Part shown: piece after piece, positions 7,562-15,759 of the stretch
How positions within the stretch are numbered: position 1 is the first letter of the stretch
How the letters are laid out: each line of letters begins with the position of its first letter
DNA from: a virus
Lineage: Duplodnaviria; Caudoviricetes
Direction: 5' to 3' (one strand)
IMG/VR virus record: IMGVR_UViG_3300048855_000035
Span: 1 to 42,764 of that record
DNA length: 42,764 bases
Made by a program: the position numbers and the translations under genes
Notes under the pieces: model-generated
What the model saw: the letters and a program-made list of their open reading frames with translations, nothing else
What the model was told of the DNA's origin: nothing
The model's database searches: none

Positions 7562-7916
7562 CCGCGCATCGGCGAGAAAGGCCGGCAGCTCGTTCGAACG
7601 CGCACAAGCCGACTGGCTCGCAACCCGCCTCAACGACGACCGCATCGACCGCCGCGTCAAAACAGGAAGTCAGGACCGCGGAGACATTGGCGGGGTTCGT
7701 TTCGCCGGCAGCCGGGTTGTCATCGAGTGCAAGAACACCAGCCGCGACAACCTCCCAGCCTGGATCCGGGAAGCCGAAATTGAACGCGGCAACGACGACG
7801 CACTCATCGGAGTCGTCATGCATAAGAAACGCGGCACCACCAACCCATCCCAGCAGTACGTCACCATGACCGCCGAAACGTTCGCCATCCTCCTCGAACA
7901 AGGAGTGACCGCATGA
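7551..7916 (+). CDS. Holliday junction resolvase (actinophage PD-(D/E)xK type)
   Basis: KAGSSFER...DRGDIGG...VVIECKN. Confidence 0.8.
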   Translation: MTRNRASARKAGSSFERAQADWLATRLNDDRIDRRVKTGSQDRGDIGGVRFAGSRVVIECKNTSRDNLPAWIREAEIERGNDDALIGVVMHKKRGTTNPSQQYVTMTAETFAILLEQGVTA

Positions 7917-8086
7917 CGATCCGCATCTACACGGAACAGAACCTGACCCCGGAAACGTGTAACGGGTGCGATGTGGCCGCACAGTGTCTCGAGTATGCGT
8001 TGCGGACCGATCAGCGCGACGGGGTGTGGGGCGGGCTGTCACAGGTCGCACGAACCCGGTTGAGGAAGAAAAGGAACACGGCATGA
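7913..8086 (+). CDS. whiB: Short WhiB-family transcription factor (not in ORF track)
   Basis: CNGCDVAAQCLEYAL...DGVWGGLS plus basic tail; AAGGAG RBS. Confidence 0.8.
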   Translation: MTIRIYTEQNLTPETCNGCDVAAQCLEYALRTDQRDGVWGGLSQVARTRLRKKRNTA

Positions 8087-8238
8087 GCATGAATCTTGCA
8101 CCGGGGAGTGTCTCGGTCACGCAACCGCATGAGCACCGGCCCCATGTGTGTGGCAAGTGTCGCAACCCGTACACGGTAGGCAACCCGAACTGCCCAAACG
8201 CGAGAGAAGGTGATGGCGATCGCTTGGTTCAAAGTTGA
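8083..8238 (+). CDS. Small Cys-rich hypothetical protein
   Basis: ATGA overlap; CGKC...C. Confidence 0.5.
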   Translation: MSMNLAPGSVSVTQPHEHRPHVCGKCRNPYTVGNPNCPNAREGDGDRLVQS

Positions 8239-9043
8239 TGACGGTTTCGCGTCGTCACCGAAGGTTCTGTCCATCCCGAGGCGCGACCGGCTCGCAGCGA
8301 TCGGGCTGTGGACGATCGCTGGAACGTGGGCGGCTAAGCACCTCACGGATGGCGTTATCCCGTCGTACATGATCGAGGAGTTTGGCGCGGAAGTGTCCCA
8401 TGGGGACATCCTCGTTGATGCGGGTTTGTGGCGCATCGAGGGCGACGGTTTCGTGTTTCACGACTGGTCCGACTATCAGCCAAAACGCATCGACGTGTTG
8501 GCTCATCGTGAACGTGAACGCCTGCGTAAGGAAGCCTTCAGGGCGAAGAAGGCCGGAAACGCGGGGCAGAGTCCCAGTGGGACAGATTCGCGCGGGGACG
8601 TGGGACAAACACGGGTGTCCGGACTACCCGACCCGACCCGACCCGACCCGACCCGACCATCTATAGATAAGAACTCTTCACGCATCGATGATGCGTTTGA
8701 GAGCGCTTGGCAGTCATGGCCGAAGAAGGTCGAGAAGAAGAAGTCGCTTGCCAAGTTCCGGCTCATCGTGAAGACGATGCCCGTTGACGAACTCACCGCA
8801 CACATCAAACGATTCGGTACCGCGTACAGAGACACCACCGACCGCCAGTACGTTCCATCACTGGTCGCATGGTTGAACGGTGAACGGTGGAACGACGAAC
8901 CGCCCGCAGCTTCCACGGCAACGATCAATGCGCAGTGGGATGCGCTGATGACCGAGACCAAGGATCCGTGTGCGGGTGGACACAAGTGGGCGGTTGATGG
9001 GTCGTGCGTGCGTTACCCGTGCCCTGCAAGGAGATCCGAATGA
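8213..9043 (+). CDS. Replication initiator protein
   Basis: AWFKVDDGF N-terminus, FHDWSDYQP, PDPTRP linker, C-terminal FESAWQSWPKK...WLNGERW. Confidence 0.75.
   Translation: MAIAWFKVDDGFASSPKVLSIPRRDRLAAIGLWTIAGTWAAKHLTDGVIPSYMIEEFGAEVSHGDILVDAGLWRIEGDGFVFHDWSDYQPKRIDVLAHRERERLRKEAFRAKKAGNAGQSPSGTDSRGDVGQTRVSGLPDPTRPDPTRPSIDKNSSRIDDAFESAWQSWPKKVEKKKSLAKFRLIVKTMPVDELTAHIKRFGTAYRDTTDRQYVPSLVAWLNGERWNDEPPAASTATINAQWDALMTETKDPCAGGHKWAVDGSCVRYPCPARRSE
8626..8658 (+). repeat. (ACCCG)6 microrepeat inside the rep gene
   Basis: Direct reading. Confidence 0.85.
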
Positions 9044-9171
9044 CTGGTCCGATCACGGCGTGTGTGCGTTGTGGTTTCAAACGTGAAGCACGCCCCACCT
9101 CAATCCTGTGCCAGTCGTGCGTCGACGTGTTGACGCCCGAGGAACTACAACTCTGGAAGAAGACAGCATGA
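9040..9171 (+). CDS. Small zinc-finger protein (not in ORF track)
   Basis: CVRC...CQSC; AAGGAG RBS. Confidence 0.6.
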   Translation: MTGPITACVRCGFKREARPTSILCQSCVDVLTPEELQLWKKTA

Positions 9172-9542
9172 ACGAGGCATTGCGCATGCGTATCGCTGAC
9201 GAGATCGCAGGAATCGTAGTTGGTGAAGGCTACTACTCCATGACGATCGGGATCACCGCGGCGCTCGAAGTGGCTGACGCTTTGATCTCTGCTGGTGTCG
9301 TAGCCGAGGAACCGGAATGGGAGTACGGCGTGCGGTTGCATCCCAACGCGGAGTACCTGCCTGCCCCTGAGCACAACAGTGTTGCGAACGCTATCGTTCC
9401 GACGACGCCCCACCGGACGCTTGAAGACGCCCGGCGCATGGCGGCACTCAATCCTCAGTATCGCCCGTCGTACCATCGCCGTCGCAAGGCAAGCGTGTGG
9501 GTACCGATACAGGAAGGGGCGGGCCATGAAGGTGACTCTTGA
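9168..9542 (+). CDS. Hypothetical protein
   Basis: ATGA overlap. Confidence 0.6.
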   Translation: MNEALRMRIADEIAGIVVGEGYYSMTIGITAALEVADALISAGVVAEEPEWEYGVRLHPNAEYLPAPEHNSVANAIVPTTPHRTLEDARRMAALNPQYRPSYHRRRKASVWVPIQEGAGHEGDS

Positions 9543-9858
9543 CATCGACGACAAGGATTTCTGGTTGCTTGCGAACCGTGCTGAACGTCAGGGCGTGAAG
9601 GTTGCTGACCTGTTGGTGGGGATGATTCGTGCTGGCCGTGGACTTGGGAAAGCGAAACCGGTCGTGTTCCGCGACCGTGTTGCTGAACTCGTCAACGCTG
9701 GTATCCCTGACCCGGTGATCGCACACAGGTTGGGTGAGACGACTGCTGCTGTGCGTATCGCACGCGGCTCTATCGGTTTGAAGCCTGTCCGGTTTGTCAG
9801 GTCTGAGTGGGAGCACGAGTTCGCACGACCCGCAACACGATCGACGGAGGCCGCATGA
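9526..9858 (+). CDS. HTH DNA-binding protein
   Basis: PDPVIAHRLGETTAAVRIARGSIGL HTH-like segment. Confidence 0.6.
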   Translation: MKVTLDIDDKDFWLLANRAERQGVKVADLLVGMIRAGRGLGKAKPVVFRDRVAELVNAGIPDPVIAHRLGETTAAVRIARGSIGLKPVRFVRSEWEHEFARPATRSTEAA

Positions 9859-10055
9859 ACCGCACAGTAGACGACCTCATGTACGAGGTCGAGGAAGTAG
9901 CCATCTCGCTACCCCGTGAGGACTGGCTCGCAATCGTGACCCAGCTCGAGATCATCCAGGGACATCAGGGACTGCGACCGATCGAACCAACCATGCAAGC
10001 GGGGGTCATCGAGAAGCGCATCATCCGACAACTGGTGGAGGTGCCGCATGACTGA
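9855..10055 (+). CDS. Hypothetical protein
   Basis: GGAGG RBS; overlap coupling. Confidence 0.6.
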   Translation: MNRTVDDLMYEVEEVAISLPREDWLAIVTQLEIIQGHQGLRPIEPTMQAGVIEKRIIRQLVEVPHD

Positions 10056-10281
10056 GGTGGTGGTGTACACGCGACCCAACTGCCAACCCTGCAAGGCCAC
10101 ACTGCGACGGTTTGATGCCGCTGGAGTGACCGTCAAGGAACTAGCAGCAGCCGACCATACCGACCTGTTGAAAGCGATGGGTCACCAGTCCGCCCCCGTC
10201 GTCATGACAGGTGTGAACCATTGGCATGGATATCGCCCGGACCTGATAGACGAAGCAATCGAAGCAAGGAGAAACACGTGA
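10048..10281 (+). CDS. nrdH: NrdH-like glutaredoxin
   Basis: VYTRPNCQPC...SAPVV...WHGYRPD. Confidence 0.9.
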   Translation: MTEVVVYTRPNCQPCKATLRRFDAAGVTVKELAAADHTDLLKAMGHQSAPVVMTGVNHWHGYRPDLIDEAIEARRNT

Positions 10282-10448
10282 ACCCCTGGGATGTCATCGG
10301 TTGGCTCATCCTCGCAGGCGTCGGTGTGTCAATCGCACTATTCCTGCTCGCACTGACTGTCGCCGCCGCAAGCACAATCCGAGTTCGAATGCTGGCCCGG
10401 AAGCGTCGACGTAAAACCTCACCCCGAATCATGAAGGAGAACAACTGA
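10278..10448 (+). CDS. Small membrane protein
   Basis: Single TM followed by a basic tail. Confidence 0.6.
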   Translation: MNPWDVIGWLILAGVGVSIALFLLALTVAAASTIRVRMLARKRRRKTSPRIMKENN

Positions 10449-10822
10449 TGGCTGATGTACAGGTGAAGTCCGCGTTCGTCGACAAGGTACTCACGGGCAA
10501 CGACGGCGCATGGGGTGTCAAGACCTCGGAACCCCACTCGCGGAAGAACGAGTCGGGCGGCTACGACACAACCGGGCGCACGTTCCGCACACTCCGGGGC
10601 CGCAACGTCGACTGGTCACAGTTCCAGGAACGCGACCGGATTGCTTTCTTCGGACGTGAAGAGACCGTCGAACGTGAACACGAGGGCAAGAAGTTCTACG
10701 ACCTCATCGTGTGGGTTGACGCGGCCTCAGTCATCAAGTCACAGCAGTCCACGTCTCAGCCTGCACAGTCGGCGCCGGCACCCACACAGACCGACGCATG
10801 GAACGCCGATGCCCCCTTCTGA
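10448..10822 (+). CDS. ssb: Single-stranded DNA-binding protein (divergent)
   Basis: OB-like core, low-complexity linker, acidic tail ending DAPF. Confidence 0.7.
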   Translation: MADVQVKSAFVDKVLTGNDGAWGVKTSEPHSRKNESGGYDTTGRTFRTLRGRNVDWSQFQERDRIAFFGREETVEREHEGKKFYDLIVWVDAASVIKSQQSTSQPAQSAPAPTQTDAWNADAPF

Positions 10823-10882
10823 CCGGATTGTCATGGCGCGTTCGGGTTTTTGTGCGTGCAACTGCCACAGGAAGGACACGTG

Positions 10883-11071
10883 ATGGCGATCTGGAATTAC
10901 GGCCCGGAACATGACTGGTTCGCGTGGCATCCGGTGTGGACGCCCGTGGGATGGAAGTGGCTCGTGATGATGCGCCGATACCGGGTCTACCTCGGATCGT
11001 CGATGCCAGGAACCGCCGAATGGTGGAGCTACAAGATGCCGTCCGCGGCGGAGGAGAATTCGAATGTCTGA
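10883..11071 (+). CDS. Trp-rich hypothetical protein
   Basis: WFAWHPV motif; RBS. Confidence 0.6.
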   Translation: MAIWNYGPEHDWFAWHPVWTPVGWKWLVMMRRYRVYLGSSMPGTAEWWSYKMPSAAEENSNV

Positions 11072-11711
11072 TGGTCTCGCACGACTCATTGACCCGTGGG
11101 TGATGACGGTAAGCGTTGGTGACGGTGTGAGAAACCAACACTTCCCACCACTCGTCGACTGGTTGGCCGCACTGGTCACCCCGTCGAACAACTCGCACGG
11201 TGGAGGAGGATCACCAGCAACACGCAACCTGGTCGACGCGATCGCACTCGACCTGACCATTCACATTCAGGACGTGACGCGTGCATGGTTGCAGGAATGG
11301 GGTGTGAAAGTTGCAGGCGAACTGAAACTGGATCTGCGCGGCTACTGGGACAAACTCACCAGCCTCCACGACACGGGCGCAATGGACGACGACACCTACG
11401 AACACCTCGCCTCATACCCCGACACGTGGGCGGCGAAAATCTGGGATCTCATCGAACCACCCAAACAGGTTCCGCTCAGAGCATCCGAATGCCCGAAGTG
11501 CGGTGAATCGAAAATCACCAACCAGGAAGGCGAAACATCAGACAACCTACTCATCACCGTCCGAGTGGGACACCAGATCACCGCCGAATGCCGAAACCGT
11601 GAATGTGCCGCCGTCTGGATTGGTCGCGAAGGTCTCGTCGATCTCGGACGTGCTATCGGTGTTGAGATTGATTTCGACACGCTCATGGAAGTAGTAGCGG
11701 AAATAGGTTAA
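11064..11711 (+). CDS. Zinc-ribbon protein, probable late-gene regulator
   Basis: CPKC...CRNREC; last early gene, directly before a promoter-terminator unit. Confidence 0.55.
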   Translation: MSDGLARLIDPWVMTVSVGDGVRNQHFPPLVDWLAALVTPSNNSHGGGGSPATRNLVDAIALDLTIHIQDVTRAWLQEWGVKVAGELKLDLRGYWDKLTSLHDTGAMDDDTYEHLASYPDTWAAKIWDLIEPPKQVPLRASECPKCGESKITNQEGETSDNLLITVRVGHQITAECRNRECAAVWIGREGLVDLGRAIGVEIDFDTLMEVVAEIG

Positions 11712-11715
11712 AGTC

Positions 11716-11724
11716 TGCTATCCT
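11716..11724 (+). promoter_or_regulatory. Putative late promoter, extended -10 (TG-C-TATCCT)
   Basis: TGnTAnnnT motif right after the regulator gene. Confidence 0.5.
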
Positions 11725-11766
11725 GATAGCGCCTAGAAGGAGTGTCTAAACTCCCAGGCCATTGCT

Positions 11767-11803
11767 CCCCGTCGTCATCCGTGACTGGCGGGGTTTTCTG
11801 TTT
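11767..11803 (+). terminator. Intrinsic terminator
   Basis: CCCCGTC-GTCA-tccg-TGAC-t-GGCGGGG followed by TTTTCTGTTT. Confidence 0.7.
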
Positions 11804-12133
11804 CCCGTGTGCAGCATCCTTCCCACCATGCCCGGTGAGAACAATCCTGCACACCACCAATCATCCTCCCGGCCTGCTCACAGTGACACGTGGCGGTCGG
11901 TCGGTCGAGGATAAGCCGGGTCGACGCCGGCGAACTGCACGCAACCCCACGCGTGCCACAAAAATGCGACAGCCCCCACCGGTCCACGCGCGGGCATTAT
12001 CACAAACGATGCCCGCGTACGACCGAAGCGCGCACCCCGTCGCATCAAACGCTCGTGTCCGGGTAAAGCCGCGGCGAGCACCCTAACTGCTGTAACGGGG
12101 TAGGACTTCCGGACGGTCGCTCCTACCCCACAC

Positions 12134-12209
12134 GCCGCTCTAGACCAACTTGGGAGAGTCCTCGACCTCAAAAGTCGAGCCAGTCTGGGTTCAAATCCCA
12201 GGGGCGGCA
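12134..12209 (+). tRNA. tRNA-Leu(CAA), short variable arm, CCA not encoded
   Basis: Acceptor GCCGCTC/GGGCGGC, anticodon stem TCGAC/GTCGA with loop CT-CAA-AA, T-arm CTGGG-TTCAAAT-CCCAG. Confidence 0.85.
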
Positions 12210-12389
12210 CTGTTGCAGTGATGAGATAGCCGAGCGCAGGGCATCCGGAAAAGACTCATCACCCTGACGGCGGGCAGGCTCCTCGGGTAGCGCCGAGTGA
12301 CGACACTAAACGCCCCGCCACCCAGTCTTCATAACTTCAAAGAGCATGTTCACGGCTTATGCCCAAACCGGCTATGAAAGGTGACCCCA

Positions 12390-12623
12390 GTGTCGCTCGT
12401 TCAACGTCTTGCGGCACCGCCCGCACCCAAGACCAACCAGACCATCCTCGACCGCTGGTACGAAGACCTCGCAACCGAAGACAAACACGCAGTCTCAAAC
12501 GCGGTAACAGACAGTGCATGGCGTCACGTCGACCTCCTCGCAGCCCTCATCGAAGAAGGCATGCCCGAAGTCGCCGACACCACATTCGGAACCTGGCGCA
12601 GACGAATGGGATACACGAAATGA
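12390..12623 (+). CDS. Small helical (HTH-like) protein coupled to the phosphoesterase
   Basis: GAAAGG RBS, GTG start, ATGA overlap with the next gene. Confidence 0.65.
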   Translation: MSLVQRLAAPPAPKTNQTILDRWYEDLATEDKHAVSNAVTDSAWRHVDLLAALIEEGMPEVADTTFGTWRRRMGYTK

Positions 12624-13771
12624 GCATCGCCGACCGCCTCGCTGAAGGTGACATCAAGAACGTCACCCCGCCCGCCAAGTACCAGAAGCACGCAGAGTTC
12701 GACGAGAACGGCGGCACAGCAGCAACCGGCCCCGTGCGACAGATGGTCACCGACTACTCCGAACTGCTCAGACTTGCCGGCCTGGACCCCGAGAACTTCC
12801 GCATCGTCGGCAAAGTGTCACAGTGGACCAAAACCCACCACGACAAAGAAGACACCTACAGCTTCCTGTTCACGTTCGAACCCATCACCGCCGCGGAAGA
12901 TGGCGTTGAACTTCCGGCGTTGTATGCGGAGGCGCGTCGTAAGCCGCGTGCACAGGTCAAGACGGCGGCGGCAAACCGTGTCACAGTTGTAGCCCTCTCC
13001 GACGTGCAAGCGGGCAAGGTAGACCACCGCGGTGGCACACCCGAACTTATCGACCGGCTCGCAGGGATGCGTGACCGTCTCGCCGCACACCTCAAGCAGC
13101 GGAAACCACAATCAACGGTTCTAGCCGAAGTGGGGGACCTGTTCGAAGGTTTCGAATCCGGCGGCAACCCCATGTTCACCAACGACCTGTCGTTGGCGCA
13201 GCAGATGGACCTAGCCGGCACCGAGCTGTACAAGTTCCTCGAGGTCATGCACCGCCACGGACACGTCGACGTCATGTCTGCCCCGTCGAACCACACAGCC
13301 TGGCGCAACGGGAAACAGAACCTTGGACGGCCCGGCGACGACCTGGGCATGTTCGTCCACAAACAGGTTCGCAAGGTTGCTGAAGCGGCCGGGATCGACG
13401 CGACGTGGACGTTCAGTGACATGTACGACGAATCCGTGACACTCGATGTTCTCGGCACCGTCCTGGGCATGGTCCACGGGAACCAGTTCTCACCCGGACA
13501 AGCCGTCACATGGTGGCAGAAGCAACAGCACGGCGGCATGCCCATGGCGCGCGCAGACATCATGCTCAGCGGCCACTACCACCACCTGACCGTCATCCCT
13601 TCCGGTCGTAACCCGAACACGGGGCGACAGAAGTGGTGGTTGCAGGCGTGTACGACCGACAACGGTTCGTCATGGTTCCGCAACATTGGCCCCGGTGACT
13701 CTGACGCCGGGCTGCTCGTGTTCGACATCACCGAAGACGGATTCGATTTGCAGTCCCTCACCGTCCTGTAA
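12620..13771 (+). CDS. Calcineurin-like metallophosphoesterase (Mre11/SbcD-like)
   Basis: SDVQ, GDLFE, SNH, VHG and GHYH motifs. Confidence 0.85.
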   Translation: MSIADRLAEGDIKNVTPPAKYQKHAEFDENGGTAATGPVRQMVTDYSELLRLAGLDPENFRIVGKVSQWTKTHHDKEDTYSFLFTFEPITAAEDGVELPALYAEARRKPRAQVKTAAANRVTVVALSDVQAGKVDHRGGTPELIDRLAGMRDRLAAHLKQRKPQSTVLAEVGDLFEGFESGGNPMFTNDLSLAQQMDLAGTELYKFLEVMHRHGHVDVMSAPSNHTAWRNGKQNLGRPGDDLGMFVHKQVRKVAEAAGIDATWTFSDMYDESVTLDVLGTVLGMVHGNQFSPGQAVTWWQKQQHGGMPMARADIMLSGHYHHLTVIPSGRNPNTGRQKWWLQACTTDNGSSWFRNIGPGDSDAGLLVFDITEDGFDLQSLTVL

Positions 13772-13922
13772 CCACACCTACCGCCAGCACACTCTCATCT
13801 ACGACCCGTAAGTGAGAGTACGCCTGCGGTTACTAACACCTCCCACCTCCCACGCGAACAGCCATAAGGCAGAGAGCCACATGTTAGGCAAACAGGCGTC
13901 GAGGCAAGGTGGGGACAACCAA

Positions 13923-13965
13923 GTTACGCGCACCGAACATCACACACATGTTCGGTGCGCGTAAC
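13923..13965. repeat. Perfect 18-bp inverted repeat
   Basis: GTTACGCGCACCGAACAT-cacacac-ATGTTCGGTGCGCGTAAC. Confidence 0.95.
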
Positions 13966-14077
13966 AAACCCTGTGGCTTTAAACACACTCTCATCAAGAG
14001 CACTTAAAACACACACTCGTATTACCTTTCCCGGATACGCGCCCGCTATCCACAAAACCGGATAGACAGGGGCCGAT

Positions 14078-14341
14078 GTGGATGAGATCAAGCAGTTCGC
14101 AACACCCACAGACACATTCGAGGCGTACATCAGCGCCGATTCTGCACGCCGCGAACGAGTAACAGATGAAGAAGACTACTCGCGTGCAACCTGCGACCAC
14201 TGTGGTATCGCAGTGCGTGCCCGCTTTGTCATTGCTCTGCCTTCTGGTGGCGTCCTCTGCTATTGCGGTTCACACACTAAGCAACATTGGGCGACGCTGA
14301 CCGACCTTGGCGCACTCATCGTAGAACTCACACCAGCCTGA
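14078..14341 (+). CDS. Small zinc-finger protein (DUF7455-like)
   Basis: CDHCG...LPSGGVLCYCGSH. Confidence 0.6.
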   Translation: MDEIKQFATPTDTFEAYISADSARRERVTDEEDYSRATCDHCGIAVRARFVIALPSGGVLCYCGSHTKQHWATLTDLGALIVELTPA

Positions 14342-14355
14342 AAGGGGCTAGGTCA

Positions 14356-14460
14356 ATGGAGACCGACCGTGAACTCATCCACGACCTCGCAATCATCCAC
14401 ATGGAAGGCGAAGGCGACTGGTGCCTCACCAGCGAAAGCCACGTCGGAGAAGACAAATGA
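14356..14460 (+). CDS. Very small hypothetical protein
   Basis: RBS-like AAGGGG; overlaps the next start. Confidence 0.4.
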   Translation: METDRELIHDLAIIHMEGEGDWCLTSESHVGEDK

Positions 14461-14714
14461 GCGACGAAACACGCGCCAACCTCGACGCAGCAATCAGCGC
14501 ACACATCGCAGACGCATTCCCCGGACACTACACATCCGGATGGATCGTCATCACATCATCCGCAGCAATCGACAGACCCAACACCACCAACTACCGGATG
14601 GTGTCACCCGACTCGCAACCATTCCACATTGACGACGGGCTAATCAAAGTCGGAGGCCGAATCCTCCAAGACTCCTGGGACGAAGACGCCGCGGAAGAAG
14701 ACGACGATGACTGA
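14457..14714 (+). CDS. Hypothetical protein
   Basis: GGAG RBS; acidic tail. Confidence 0.65.
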   Translation: MSDETRANLDAAISAHIADAFPGHYTSGWIVITSSAAIDRPNTTNYRMVSPDSQPFHIDDGLIKVGGRILQDSWDEDAAEEDDDD

Positions 14715-14841
14715 CACGCTCAGCACAATCCTCGGATGGATCACAGCCGGCGCACTCGGAACCTTCGCACTCGGGATCTTCACACTCCACCAATGGTTGA
14801 AATCCCGCGAACAGGGCGAGGTCGAGGACGATGAAGACTAA
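14707..14841 (+). CDS. Small membrane protein
   Basis: Single TM; overlaps neighbours. Confidence 0.5.
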   Translation: MTDTLSTILGWITAGALGTFALGIFTLHQWLKSREQGEVEDDED

Positions 14842-15079
14842 CCGCGCGATCTTCTGGGCAACAATCGCAATCATCAACACGCTCACCGGAATACAACAGG
14901 ACGGAATCGTGCGGTACGTGTGCGCGGCGATCGTTGGCATCGCCCTCTTCACGCTGGGATGGCAGACACGCGAGCATAAGGTAAAGGTCAGTTGCGTTCG
15001 TTGTGGACGTGACGTGCACGTTTCGAAAGAACGCATCACGACATGCGCATGCGGAGTGAAACACTCGTGGCACCCGTGA
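14831..15079 (+). CDS. Membrane protein with C-terminal zinc ribbon
   Basis: Two TMs followed by CVRC...CAC. Confidence 0.6.
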   Translation: MKTNRAIFWATIAIINTLTGIQQDGIVRYVCAAIVGIALFTLGWQTREHKVKVSCVRCGRDVHVSKERITTCACGVKHSWHP

Positions 15080-15438
15080 GTAAGCACCTCGCACTCGGCG
15101 CCACCATCACACTGCTCATCGCCATCACCCTGAAGATGACATGGAAAACAGTAATCACAGGGACGTTCAACAACAAACTCCCACTGCGCCTACCGAAACG
15201 CCTAGAAGCGTACGCAGAACGCAACCTGCCCGCAGAATACACCGGGCCTAAGTACCGCACATGGAAGAACGGAATCGAACAAGTGGCCGACGTGATGACA
15301 CCAACAGAATACGCAATCTGGGAAGTGCTCGAGCCTCGCCTGGAAGACATCATAAGTCTCGACCTGAACGATGTTGACGATTCCAACATGTTTCGCGAGC
15401 TGGTGCGACAGATCGCGGCGGCAGTATCCAATGACTGA
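15076..15438 (+). CDS. Hypothetical protein with N-terminal TM
   Basis: GTGA overlap. Confidence 0.55.
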   Translation: MSKHLALGATITLLIAITLKMTWKTVITGTFNNKLPLRLPKRLEAYAERNLPAEYTGPKYRTWKNGIEQVADVMTPTEYAIWEVLEPRLEDIISLDLNDVDDSNMFRELVRQIAAAVSND

Positions 15439-15571
15439 CACGTTCGTGTGCGAAGACTGCGGAACCGGCTGGACATCCGAAGCAGCCGCCGAACGATGCG
15501 ACTGCGGCGCCGAAGACCGCTACTACTCACCCTCACGCGGACGAGTCAACTACATCCCCGGCGACGACTAA
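15431..15571 (+). CDS. Small zinc-finger protein
   Basis: FVCEDCG...CDC. Confidence 0.55.
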   Translation: MTDTFVCEDCGTGWTSEAAAERCDCGAEDRYYSPSRGRVNYIPGDD

Positions 15572-15675
15572 TGCGACACGCCCTCTACTGGACCGCACTA
15601 GCCACCACCACCGCCCTCGCCCTCCACGCATACGGCCGACACATTCAACACAACTACCGAACACGCATCGGATAG
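15571..15675 (+). CDS. Very small membrane protein
   Basis: TAATG coupling; hydrophobic. Confidence 0.45.
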   Translation: MRHALYWTALATTTALALHAYGRHIQHNYRTRIG

Positions 15676-15759
15676 AACTCCACACCCCAGCTCCCCGGAC
15701 AGAACCGGGTGAGGTGTAGCGCACAAGGCGCACACTATCTCCAACCACAATCACAGGAG

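Noticed and set aside
11742-12210. ORFs 11742-12086 and 11878-12210
   Set aside because: They run through a terminator or the tRNA and have no protein-like features
12210-12330. Canonical theta/HDV-like or hammerhead ribozyme after the tRNA
   Set aside because: No G-initiated P1 at the tRNA 3' end and no CTGATGA/GAAA core in the correct stems; kept only as an unclassified structure
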